From contig OX597826.1 of assembly GCA_951406725.2 (NCBI GenBank), positions 64,480,001-64,544,000 of the forward strand: a stretch of 64,000 nucleotides of DNA, given 5' to 3'. The position numbers were made by a program, and so were the translations under genes. The notes beneath the pieces were generated by a model. The model saw nothing but the letters and a program-made list of their open reading frames with translations, was not told the DNA's origin and searched no databases. Origin of the DNA: Octopus vulgaris (Eukaryota). Positions 51,001-63,533 of the stretch are shown in pieces. Numbering within the stretch: the first letter of the stretch is position 1; each line of letters begins with the position of its first letter.

Positions 51001-53674
51001 CAACCACTCTGAGAGTGTAGTGGGTGCTTTTTACATGCCACAGCACAGGAGCCAGTCAGGCAGGCCTGGCATCGATCACGTTCGGATGGTGCTGTTTACG
51101 TGCCACCGGCATGGAAGCCAGTCAGGGGGCACTGGCCACAGCTGCAATATTGATTTTTACAAAAAAAAAAAAATAACAATAATAATAATAAAAAATAAAC
51201 CCTCTTTGTACAGCTGTCTCATGAGGTTTGGTTTATAATTAGTAACAGGTACAGACCTCTTCACTGCAGTATAGGACTTTAAGAGCAAAAGATCATGGGA
51301 ATCCAGCATTGGAAACTCAACTGGAAAAGATTCCTTGGACACTAGCTTATATTATCTGTTGACTTTATGAAGATAGCAAATAATAACTTAAAATTCTTTT
51401 AATTATATTTATTCACTCAATTATGTGTGTGAGTTACATAGACATAGATTTATTTTACTAAGCCTCTACCCACACAAAACCATTATTGTAATTGAGTAAG
51501 GAGACAGACAAAATTAAAGAGAATAGAACTATGTCAGAAACAGTTTCAAAATCCCTAAAATAGGTATACAAGCTATATGAAACCTTCATTAATGAGATAC
51601 TTACCTGTATCAGCAATTGTTCCAACAGCTGTAATTGTCTCAGGTTTCTCTCTGAATACGAAGTTTGCAAGCCATATTGTATATACACCAATATCCAATA
51701 GAGTACTACCACCTAAGGAAGGCTGAGATACAGCATCCTTTGCAAAGATATTAACAAAGAAAGCTACATCTATGTAGCGTATCTTTCCTATGGTTCCAGA
51801 CTCAATTTCTTGTCGAATGGCTGCATAGGCTGGGAAGAAGGCGGACCACAAGGCCTGAAAGGAAAAAAAAATTACAAGAAAGATAAAAATAAAAAGACTA
51901 AGATTAAGGATGAGAAAATTAAGGCTGAAAAGAAAGGAATGAAAGTAAATATATAAATAAATGATGGGAAAAAGATATGATAAATATAAAAATACATGGA
52001 GGATAAAAAAATATTATAAAACTGTTGCTTTTCTTTATGTTATTCAATATATGATAATATTTTACAATTATCTTCTTCACCTTTATATTTATCAGATCCA
52101 CTGTATAGCATTTCTTTCAATACACATCAATTTTTTTAGATAAATTACCTCATTAAATATATCATTCTACTTCATCTCATGGTACAAAGAATAACATCAT
52201 TACCACCTTCATTTATTATTTATATCGAATCCAAATCAGTGTATCACCATTCTACTAAGGCTGAAAACTGATTCCTTATATACATTTTGCTTTCATTTTC
52301 ATATATTTGTTTCCATTCTGCCTCTTGTGACAATCAGTTTTCTACTGCTCTCATTTCTGCACCATTACTTATGAAATATGAAGTATAGCCTTCTAATATT
52401 ATCATCTCTGTGTAGTTACCTTTCACACTGTCCAGTCTTCCTCCTCCTCCTCCACATCATCATTTAGCATCTGTCCTCCATGCTGGTATAGCCAGGATGG
52501 TTTAACAAGAGCTGGCAACCAGACAACTGCACCAAGCTCCACTTTCTATTTTGGCATGGTTTTTATGGCTAGACGCCCTTCCTAGTATCAACCACTTTAC
52601 AGAGTGGATTCTCGGCAAAAAAATTATATCTTTAAATTTCTTCTTTGATGAAAAGTTATATTCCAAACACTAGACTTTATTTCAACATCCAACATGATGG
52701 TATACCAATTAGAGAGCCTCTATACAGTAACTGGGTTAGCTTGAAATAGGAGCTAAATCACTCCCAATTACATCCTACAATCTGAAAAAATAAAGTGAAG
52801 AACAACTTCAGATTAAAATATCAGAAAAAAAAAAGAGAATGACATCAAATGTAGTTGTAGAAACAACACCTTTGAAAAGTAGAAAAAAATATTAGGTGGA
52901 AAGATTTTGGTCATGGACCTGTTATGATGATCTAATGAAACATCACCGATGACAGCATACAAACATACACCAATCCAGTATTAAAAGACATACCTCCATG
53001 TAAAATAGGTTCTGTGACTTTGCCAGTTGAAGCATGTCTTCTGTATCCTTTGTGGTAATTCCACAGGTTTTCTCACACAGAACTGGTTTGCCATTGTTAA
53101 GCATAAGAATGGAGAGAGGACGATGGTAACTGTTGACAGTTGAAATGTATACCACATCTGTGGGAAAAATGAAATATAATTACTTGATTTTAGTATTAAA
53201 GTAATTCATTTATCTCATTCAACTGTGATTAGCAGTGATAATCGTTCCATTTCTAGACCGGGTCTAAAAACGAAACACTTACCACTGTTGATGATATGTA
53301 TATCATTATCATCATCATCATTTATGCCTATTACATGAGGCAGGTGAGCTTTGTTGAGACAAGATTTTCTACAGCTGGATGCTCTTCCTGTCACCATTGC
53401 TGACCAGTTTTCATGGCCTGCGATGTCTGTTACTATTTACACCTGTTTTATTACTAACATCTTTCTTATCATCATCATTCATGATTTTTAAAAATATTAT
53501 TATTATTAGGCGCAGGAGTGGCTGTGTGGTAAGTAGCTTGTTTACCAACCACATGGTTCTGGGTTCAGTCCCACTGCGTGGCACCTTGGGCAAGTGTCTT
53601 CTACTTTAGCCTCGGGCCGACCAAGGCCTTGTGAGTGGATTTGGTAGACGGAAACTGAAAAGAAGCATGTCGTA

Positions 53675-53734
<60 letters not shown>

Positions 53735-55330
53735 TGTGTGTGTTTGTGTGTCTGTGTTTGTCCCCCTAGCATTGCTTGACAACCGATGCTGGTGTGTTTA
53801 CATCCCCGTTATTTAGCGGTTCTGCAAAACAGACCGATAGAATAAGTACTGGGCTTACAAAAGAATAAGTCCCGGGGTCGAGTTGCTCGATTAAAGGCGG
53901 TGCTCCAGCATGGCCGCAGTCAAATGACTGAAACAAGTAAAAGAGTAAAGAGTATACAATTAATAAACAACCACACATGCACAACTTTATTTTTAGCATA
54001 AATAACTTATCGTTTAGTGTCCATTTTCCATTCTGGCATGGGTTAGACGGTTAGCCAGAGAGCTCCAGTTTGATTTGGTTTGGTTGCAATAATAGCAACT
54101 CGCACAATAAATATTTGAATAAATAAACTCATTTTTAGGTGTTTTCATTACAAGACTGAGCTTTTTACTTGGAAAATTTTCAGTAGGATTTTAATAATTA
54201 AAATTATGTCATACCTATGTTGGGATCTTTGGCAAACTCTTCATAGCTGTCATAAACATTTGGTATTTTAAATTTGTCAGCAAGTTTCTTGGCCTTCTCA
54301 GAAGATTTGGATACCACTGCAGTTATCTAAACAAAAACAAAATAACTATCATGTGAAATCAAGTTTTTTGTTGGAACAGGATTAGAAAATTGGAATGGTT
54401 ATGGTTGATAATGAATAATGATTTATGAGCATTAATGTAATAATACTCTTTTACTCTCTTTTACTTGTTTCAGTCATTTGACTGCGGCCATGCTGGAGCA
54501 CCGCCTTTAGTCGAGCAAATCGACCCCGGGACTTATTCTTTTATTGGTCTCTTTTGCCGAACCGCTAAGTGACGGGGACGTAAACACACCAGCATCGGTT
54601 GTCAAGCAATGCAAGGGGGACAAACACAGACACACAAACATATACACACACACTTATATATATATACATATATACGACAGGCTTCTTTCAGTTTCCGCCT
54701 ACCAAATCCACTCACAAGGCATTGGTCGGCCCGAGGCTATAGCAGAAGACACTTGCCCAAGATGCCACGCAGTGGGACTGAACCCGGAACCATGTGGTTG
54801 GTTAGCAAGCTACTTACCACACAGCCACTCCTGCGCCTATGCTCATAAATAATGCTCATAAATATAATATAGGTATAATACCCAAAATTTTAGGCAAAGG
54901 GCTAGTTGATTACATCAACCCCAGTGTTCAACTAGTACTTATTTTATTGACCCCGGTGCTGCTCAACTGGTACTTATTTTATCAACCCCAAAAGGATGAA
55001 AGGCAAAGTCAGTATTTTATGAATTTGAAGAACTCAGAATGTAAAAACCAGAAAAAAGCCATTAGACATTTTCTTTGGCATGCTAACAATTCCACTGGCC
55101 CACCAACCTTATAATAATAATCTTTTCTATTATAGGTACACAGTCAGAAATTTGGAGGAGAGGGACTAGTCAATTACATCAACCCCAATGTTTCACTGGT
55201 ACTTAATTTATCGATCCCTAAAGGATGAAAGATAAAGTCATCCTCAATAGAATTTGAACTCAGAACATAACAGACAAAATACCACTAAGCATTTCGACCA
55301 GCATGCTAACAACACTGCCAGCTCACTGCC

Positions 55331-55399
<69 letters not shown>

Positions 55400-55441
55400 G
55401 CATGGTCATGCCTTAGGGCTGAAACATGTAAAAGAATAAAA

Positions 55442-55482
<41 letters not shown>

Positions 55483-58400
55483 GTTTCAAATTTTGCCACA
55501 AGGGCAGCAGTTTTGGGAAAGAAAATGAGTTAATTACATTGACCCCAGCATTCAAATGGTACTTAATTTATTGACCCCAAAAGGATGAAAAGCAAAGTCA
55601 ACCTCGATGTGATTTGAACTCAGAATGTAAGGACAGATGAACTGTTGCTAAACATTTTGTCTGGCGTGCTAATGATTCTGCCAGCTTGCTGCCTTAATAA
55701 TAATAATAATAATTATAATAATAATAAATTGTTTCAAATTTTGCTCATTAAAAGCATCCAGTACACTCTGTAAATTGGTTGGCATTAGGAAGAGCATCCA
55801 GCTGCAGAAACCTTGGTACAACACACAGTTGGAGTCTAGACTGCTTCCTGGTAGCCAGCTCCATATCAAACTGTCCAACCCATGCCCGAATGGAAAGCAC
55901 ACATTAAGCAATGATAATGAATGTCAGGATAGAAATTCTAACTATACACCCACAGAATTTTATTTCAACAAATTATTAAATTATTAAATCTATTTATATG
56001 ACTGAATATAGTGACAATCTTAATGAGGGGGTAAAAATGAGTAAGATAAAAGTATTCCAATCAGAAAGAATACAAATATCAATCACATAAAATGATATAT
56101 AATTTACCCCCACACCTGAGATTTCAATGAACATAATATATATAGACTTTACCCCACTTCAAAGATAATATAAGGACCCAATGGGCATAATATAATTTAA
56201 TGAGATATGTCTACCTGTAGCAATAAGATAGATATAAAAAGACTGACACTAATAATGATTTTATATATATATATTTTTTTTTCGACCAGACCATCAGATG
56301 TTGTTACACATCGCTGGTCACAATGCGTTCACATTCTTTTAGCCTTCGAACGACGCCACCCCACTGGCTAAGCGAGCAGGCCAACAGAAGAAAGAGTGGT
56401 GAAAGAGTACAGCAGGGATCACCAACCTCTGCCGGAGCATCGTGGAGCTTTTAGGTGTTTTCGCTCAATAAACACACAACACCCGGTCTGGGAATCGAAA
56501 CCGCGATCCTCCGACCACGAGTCCACTGCCCTAACCACTGGGCCATATATATATATATATATATCTGTATATGAAATGTCATAAGACTTTAGCTTCAAGG
56601 ACATCATGATTGGTATGACAGAAGATAAACTGACAATGCACCTAATTTCACAACTTATCTACTGATGGTAGTAATATGAAATTCAGTCAAGTAGGCAAAA
56701 GAAAAGTTTTTCAAATATATATTTAAAGAAAACACACAGACACATACAGTTAGATTCACACACATACCACCACATGAACACAACAGTAAACACATACTCG
56801 AATATGAATTTACATACATATACTTATTGAACTTGCGACCAATATATAATCTCCACCTAAAAAAAAAAAAAAAACATAGTCGCAGAGAAACCATTGAAAA
56901 GGCTATAGATGTGTAATGAAAGATTTACAAATCAATCAATAAAGAACTGAACTACAACTAGTGTATATGTTTTGTACTGGCAGAATGACCAATCCAAAAT
57001 ACAGCTATAACAAAGTACTGGAAGAATTGTTAGAGCTGAGACAGAATGCAATGTGGTATTTCTTTTTGCTCTTTACTGTCCGAGTTCAAATTTTGTAGAA
57101 TGTGTCACATAAAACATCTTTTACTCTTGGCGTTGTTGAGAAAATTCTGTATTTTGGAAGTTATTTCTTGTTAAAGTTGTCGTATTTCAGTAATTTCAAC
57201 CAATCAATGACGTGTATTCAGCAGAATAAAATTACTGCCGTTGTTTCTCAACAACAACTATCGGCAGTGTATATTTTCGTTTGTCACTGTTATTTATGAC
57301 ATATTTAATCTTAGTTACGTTTGTATGAATAAACAAGTGTATCTGAAGCATGTTTACTTCATGGCACCACCATAATCATTTGTGCTTCATTTTTCATTTT
57401 TTTCTGTAACGCTAACCCTAACCCTAAAACCCCAACTGTAACCCTAAAACCTTAAAGCTGAAACCAGTAGAAACGCACGGACAAGGTCATAAATAACAGT
57501 GACAAATGAAATATACACCGCCGATAGTTGTTGACAAACAATGGCAGTAATTTTATTCAGCTGAATACACGTCATTGATTGGTTGAAATTACCGAAATAC
57601 GACAACTTTAACAAGAAATAATTTCCAATATACAGAATTTTTTCAACAACGCCAAGAGTAAAAGATGTTTTATGTGACACATTCTACAAGTATACTAAGT
57701 TTGAAAGTGTTTAGTTACAAAAAATTATTTTTTAAATCTGTCGGTCAAAAGGTAAAGATCTCAGAGCAGTATCACACACGAAGCAGATAACTCAATACTA
57801 CTCCCCTCTTTCTTGTATATCACTCTCTGTTATCTCTCCTCCTCTATTATGTCAGCAGCACTTAACAAATCGTCAGTCTCCAACATGTTAGCATTGAAAA
57901 GGCAGACGAAATAGGATAAAAATCATTGTACGAAATTTCACGAAGCGATTAAGTTTCCACAGTAATCAAAATGAACGTGCATGAAATTCTCTATATAGTG
58001 AGGTATTTTTGTCATCTCTCCCATGGTAAATTTTACACTGACAACTTTTTTTCACCGTCATTTCTTCCACCCAGTGGCTTGCTTGAAGTACTCTTTTACT
58101 TGTTTCAGTCATTTGACTGTGGCCATGCTGGAGCACTGCCTTTAGTCGAGCAAATCGACCCCGGGACTTATTCTTTGTAAGCCCAGTACTTACTCTATCG
58201 GTCTGTTTTGCCGAACCGCTAAGTGACGGGGGCGTAAACACACCAGCATCGGTTGTCAGGCAATGCTAGGGGGACAAACACAGACACACAAACACACACA
58301 CGCATATATACGACGGGCTTCTTTCAGTTTCCATCTACCAAATCCACGCACAAAGCTTTGGTTGGCCTGAGGCTATAGTAGAAGACACTTGCCCAAGATG

Positions 58401-60443
58401 CCACGCAGTGGGACTGAACCCGGAACCATGTGGTTAGTAAGCAAGCTACTTACCACACAGCCACTAGGGGTAATGAGAGTAAGGAAGTTTTTTTTTAAAG
58501 CTCGAATTGTAAGAGTTGTGAATATTTTACACCATATAACTCATTAGATTAAATGTAAACAGACAGCCATGGATGAGGAGAGCAAAATAGGTACTACTTA
58601 AGAAGAGTGGTCCCGGTGCGCGCATCCGCGCTAGCTAGTCGTGACTAGTCGATCCTACAACAGCTACCTAGCAAAGTAAATAAAACAATTTTTTTTTTAC
58701 ACAAAGTAAATAATTTTTTAAAACAAAGTAAATAAAACAAAAACAGAAAGTAAGGATCGACTAGTCACGACTAGCTAGCGCGGATGCGCGAGTACGCGAG
58801 TGCGCGCACCGGGACCGCTCTTCTTAAGTAGTACCAGCAAAATATTTGGCGATGCTTCGGTATAGGTACACACGTGACATTGTTTACATTTCTGAAGATA
58901 ACAGAAACCCTTTTCTCCTACCCCTCCCCCTACCCCCCCCCCATATATATAAAAAAAAACAACACTTTCTTGAAATGTATCCGGTACTTAAACCGGTACA
59001 TATACCGAAGTTACGCCAAATATTTATTTATTGGCATTAGAGTGGAGGATTGGTAGCATTGGCAGAGTGGCTGAAAAATAACGTATTTAGTTGTGTTAAC
59101 AAATTCCACGTAGGCCATTGTTTTCATTTTAATTTTTGTCATTATATGTAACAGAACCTATAAGATCGCCGATCTTGCCTTTTATACCACCTAGTTTCGA
59201 TAAAATAAACAGGAACCAAGTTACACGCGACCAATTCGATTTACTCAACTAAAAGCCTTAGCACCCGCTATGTAATAATTTGAATTTCGAGGGAAAGCGG
59301 TGTCAATTAAAACGAAACAATAATAAGGAATGTACACCTATATTTTAAATCTTGTCAAATTTTCTCTAAACATACTTCTTTATTACTTTTCAAAACAATT
59401 TTTTGGGTTAAAGTTTGACAATTTCATCCGCCTCATGAAACGGGTGTAATAGTAAAATACGATTTAAAAAATAAATGCCTTATGTTTATCAATCAATGTT
59501 AGCTTAATAAGTTAACTAAACGATGGTTAAATGAAAACAGCGATCTATGAATTTTTGGATCTTTAATGTACTTTATTCAAGGTAAATAAAACTTTTGTCA
59601 ACTTACGCTTAATATTTAATTAACAAGTCGACAAGTGAAACAGTTAGAAATAGCAATCAACTCTTCAAATAACACCATATACTATTAGAAATAGCATGTC
59701 AAATCTTCAAATCACATCACACTATTTTATACTGTGCCACAACACTGTAGTTCAACATATCTCTAGAAATGCAATAAGTCATCGCTGTAATGTTTTCGAT
59801 CATAGTTCTACTTGGAGCTGTAACGATAGTGGCTAGTGGCCATAGCATGTCTGCCGTTACGTTCTGAGTTCAAATTCCGCCGAGGTCGACTTTGCCTTTC
59901 ATCCTTTCGGGGTCGATTAAATAAGTATCAGTTACGCACTGGGGTCGATGTAATCGACTTAAACCGTGTGTCTGTCCTTGTTTGTCCCCTCTGTGTTCAG
60001 CCCCTTGTGGGTAGTAAAGAAATAGCTAAGTGGCCATAGCACGACTTAGCTATACCACCACGACAAAATAGATCTTTCCTGTTTCGCTACAGAGCCAAAC
60101 AATGACAACAGCATCCACTGGGTTGACGAAGCGAGGCAGTCTCTACGTGTTAGAAATAGCAACCAGATATACTCCATATTAGGAACAAATACTTACTGTT
60201 GTCCTAAAAGCGTAGATATTGCATTATGTTGTAGATACACAATGGAAAAAAAAAAAGTCGGACGAGCACTGCTGGTTCAGAGGAAACCTACGGTTAAACA
60301 ACAGTGATCGAAGTTATATGTACCTAAAAATCAAAAGATTGCCAAAAATTATTACTTACTTTGTGTTGTGAAGGATTCAAACATTGCAAAGCATTGCAGA
60401 AATCCGTTGCAATCAAACCTGCCGAACATATTCCCCAACGCAT
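47988..60443 (-). CDS. DHDH: DHDH-like paralog B (Gfo/Idh/MocA family), 7 coding exons, 329 aa
   Basis: Exons 60360-60443, 54215-54326, 52994-53157, 51605-51854, 50686-50810, 50325-50475, 47988-48091. Exon sizes and phases are identical to paralog A, GT-AG introns, open frame. Motifs MRWGICSAGLIATDF, GKPVLCEKT, LGGSTLLDIGVY, NYPNSNGLSYEA. Confidence 0.93.
48172..48602 (+). mobile_element. SINE family 1, full length
   Basis: A-box-like GTGGCTGTGTGG, B-box-like GGTTCAGTCCC, CORE-like TTGGGCAAGTG, tail CAAGTAAAAGAGTAAAGAG. Confidence 0.9.
49360..49515 (+). mobile_element. Mariner transposase N-terminal (HTH) relic
   Basis: SLEDDPRSECPATSTIKENIDHLHFVMMDDRRLT...ISISHERV resembles the mariner LEDDPRSGRP...DRRLT segment. 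Confidence 0.7.
49832..50219 (+). mobile_element. SINE family 2, young copy with TSD
   Basis: A box TGGCCCAGTGG, B-box-like GTTTCGATTTCC; TSD AGTAGTGGTAGTG at 49821-49833 and 50220-50232. Confidence 0.9.
50325..50475 (-). CDS. DHDH: DHDH-B exon 6
   Basis: CAG acceptor, GTAAGC donor, 151 nt, IHSPIWCTTK...CLEK. Confidence 0.9.
50686..50810 (-). CDS. DHDH: DHDH-B exon 5
   Basis: AAG acceptor, GTAAGT donor, 125 nt. Confidence 0.9.
51605..51854 (-). CDS. DHDH: DHDH-B exon 4
   Basis: CAG acceptor, GTAAGT donor, 250 nt, ALWSAFFPAY...LLDIGVY. Confidence 0.92.
52994..53157 (-). CDS. DHDH: DHDH-B exon 3
   Basis: CAG acceptor, GTATGT donor, 164 nt, GKPVLCEKTCG. Confidence 0.92.
53508..53952 (+). mobile_element. 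SINE family 1, full length
   Basis: As 48172-48602. Confidence 0.9.
54215..54326 (-). CDS. DHDH: DHDH-B exon 2
   Basis: TAG acceptor, GTATGA donor, 112 nt, ITAVVSKSSEKAKK...DPNI. Confidence 0.92.
54446..54838 (-). mobile_element. SINE family 1, full length
   Basis: Reverse complement of the family consensus. Confidence 0.9.
57093..57689. mobile_element. Foldback element with ~205-bp inverted arms
   Basis: 57093-57300 is the near reverse complement of 57486-57689; the spacer contains (TAACCC)n. Confidence 0.85.
58090..58464 (-). mobile_element. SINE family 1
   Basis: Reverse complement of the family consensus. Confidence 0.88.
58590..58835. mobile_element. Palindromic MITE with 9-bp TSD (Merlin- or Mutator-type)
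   Basis: TIR GGTACTACTTAAGAAGAG...; TSD AGCAAAATA at 58581-58589 and 58836-58844. Confidence 0.85.
60360..60443 (-). CDS. DHDH: DHDH-B exon 1 (MRWGICSAGLIATDFCNALQCLNPSQHK)
   Basis: ATG at 60443-60441, GTAAGT donor. Confidence 0.9.
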
Positions 60444-60520
60444 TGTTTCTCCTTTGAAATAAGCTAACGAAGTAAAGTTGCTGTGTCTGTTACAAATGTC
60501 AGTTGCTGCTCAGATCGTTC

Positions 60521-60530
60521 TTTTATATAG
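60521..60530 (-). promoter_or_regulatory. TATA box of DHDH-B (CTATATAAAA)
   Basis: Consensus TATA about 80 nt upstream of the ATG on the coding strand. Confidence 0.55.
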
Positions 60531-62027
60531 GCTGATTATATTTTGAAATCAGCGGACTATAACTACTTTCCCTCCAATTTGTACGGTTAACGGCTGTTCC
60601 GATTTTTGTTTAATTTTATCTCTTATCGCGACACTTTTCGGTTACGTTCGGAGTTTTTTTTTTTGCGTTGAGTCTCAAGTAAACCTCCAGTCTAAAGTGT
60701 AAACACAAGAGCTAATAATAAACACATCATGACAACTACAGCAAAAAGAGGCGAAAATAATTCAAGTCTTACGTATATTAATTACCGTATCTGTCGGCAT
60801 ATCGGGTTAGGGTTAGGACACTCTCGCGCAAGTTGTATCCCTATTTTACAAGGATATTTTATCTTCACTTGTTTTCTGTCGCTGGACTGCGGCCATGCTG
60901 GGGCACTGTATCGGAGGGTTTAGACCTTATTCTATTGATCGGTATAACCCAGTGCTCTCCAACCTTTTTTTTTTTTACTTGCAATACATTTATATTCCTT
61001 TCAAAATTCGGCTGCACACCTGAACTAAAAGCATACGGAAAAAAATTATATTTAAGTTATACTGTGGCACACCTAATCAGTGTGCTGTGGCATACCTATT
61101 TCTTTATTACCCACAAGGGGCTAAACACAGAGGGGACAAACAAGGACAGACATAGGTATTAAGTCGATTACATCGACCCCAGTGCGTAACTGGTACTTAA
61201 TTTATCGATCCCGAAAGGACGAAAGGCAAAGTCGACCTCGGCGGAATTTGAACTCAGAACGTAACGCAGACGAAATACCGCTAAGCATTTCGCCCGGCGT
61301 GCTAACGTTTCTGCCAGCTCGCTGCGGAGCACTGGTATAGCCGAATCGCTAAGTTACGGGAACGTAAACAAAACAACACCGATTGTCAAGCGGTGGTTGG
61401 GTACAAACACATACATATATTCATATACGACGGGCTTCTTGCAGTTTCCGTCTACGAAATCCACTCACGAGGCTTTGGTTGGTCTGGGGCGGCGAGATGC
61501 GTTTTGACCGAGTTCTTTGTTATGATGTTTCGAGTCAAAACGAAAGATCACTTCAGTCAGGTACCAGAAGTCATAACTGTTTCGGGCAGTTACACTTGAG
61601 ACAGTTCGATCTTGTTGACCCCCCTCCCCCCAGTCTAATCTAAGAGCATTAGCCCTCTTTGTAAGAAAGCTAACGAATGTGTACAGCAACAAAGACAAAA
61701 AACGGAGAACATGGTACACTATTACAAATACAGACAACAAGAAAATAACAACAGGTGTCTTTCGATTGAGAACGAATCAAATTGAGCTGGCGTGTATGAA
61801 GTGAAAGCCTAAAGGCAGGAAAATAGGAGTGCACATAAGAAGAGTTGGCGGTCGAAGATCACGAAATGACCCGTCTTTTTTGCCTGACCTTCTAATTGTT
61901 GTTCCTCCTGTCTGCCTGTCCGAATGTTTTAGTGTCTTCTATTGCGTTTTTGTTCCATTTTATATATATATATATATACATATAGCGGCGTACGTACACA
62001 CTTGTGCTCACCTTATAGTAGGTATGT

Positions 62028-62084
<57 letters not shown>

Positions 62085-62608
62085 TACACACACATACTCA
62101 CACACACATTAATAATAGGCAGAAGTTACAGAGTGACAATGGCTAAATTCATGTTTGATAAGTACCAATACACGAAACTCTCAGTTTTTGACTTACTCTC
62201 TAACTTCTGCCGATGATATATATACATACATATATGTGTAAAAAAAAATCTCATTACGCAATCGAACCAATGAAAGCCATACTGATGATAAAGACAAAAT
62301 CAAAAAGAAATTTAAATACTTTATTAAATAATCTTGTTATTAAAATAATTTATTACAAATTGAACTTTATAAAGCCATTTTTTTTATAGAAAATAATTTA
62401 GACAAATGTAAATAAATACTTGAACTCTTTGTATCGATTTGCGTTGTCATTTATTTTTTGTTGTGTGTGCGATTAAGAAATAGTATAGTTCATATATGAG
62501 TTGTGGGCATAACTACAGATTTCTGCCCCTCCGAATTTGGATGATCATAACTTTCAGAAAAATGAATACTTTTTTAATGAAATCTTCTACGAATATTTGT
62601 TATATCAT

Positions 62609-62883
62609 GTAGATTCCGAATATACAAAATTTTTATGGGAAAGTGTTTTAGAAGGGGGTGGGGTGAGGAATTGTGGAAAATTCACCGGCGTCCACTTCAA
62701 TTCAATTTAACTTTCAAGAAAATGGATATTTTTTGATAAAATTCTCTACAAATATACCTCGGACTATATAGATTCCGTGGACATAGGAATTTTTTGGGGA
62801 AAACAATTGGGTGTTACTTTTGAGAACTGTTCCCCGCTTGGGGGTGTTTCGGAACAATTCATTTGTGCATCCATAGATTTCAA

Positions 62884-62923
<40 letters not shown>

Positions 62924-63533
62924 TCACTCACACACACACACACACACGTATGTAATGAAAAAAGTTCAAACGGGGAATTATTCCATTCAATATCATGTTT
63001 ATTATAGATATTATGTAACAAATTATACTTAACACTTCTCTATTTAACCGTACCTGTATATTCCTTATTTTTGCTTCTGGTGTCTTCTACCTTTCTATTA
63101 GAAACGTTTATCTGGGAATTTACTTAAAGTGAAGAAAAAAATATCGAATACAACAGATAAGTCGTTTTAATAACATGTTTCCGTGTACCAGACCGTCAGC
63201 TTTTATTTTAGCATAACAAGTTTTCTGGTGAGGACTTCATCTGCCTTCATTGCGTTTGTTGCTTCAGTAGAAATCAACAGATGCATAAACGCACAAAACG
63301 GAGAAAAATAATCAAATATGGACGAGTTGTTCCCAAACACCATTGAGTGGGAATCCCTCAAAATTCCTGTCTTCGGTATCTACATAGTCCGAGATATATT
63401 TGTAGAGGATTTTAATTTTAAAAAATCCATTTTCTTGAAAGTTAAGACGAATTGAAGTGGACTCCGGTGAATTTCCCGAAATTCCCCTCCTAAAACACTT
63501 TCCCCCCAAAATTTTGTATATTCGGAATCTACA
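62609..63533. mobile_element. Old foldback or DNA-transposon relic with ~200-bp diverged inverted arms, right arm cut by a Helitron
   Basis: 62609-62860 aligns in inverted orientation to 63325-63533. Confidence 0.6.

Noticed and set aside
30392-60443. DHDH duplication as a haplotype assembly artefact or a bacterial horizontal transfer
   Set aside because: The proteins differ at about 21% of sites and the introns carry different TE insertions; both genes have six spliceosomal introns and metazoan DHDH-type motifs.
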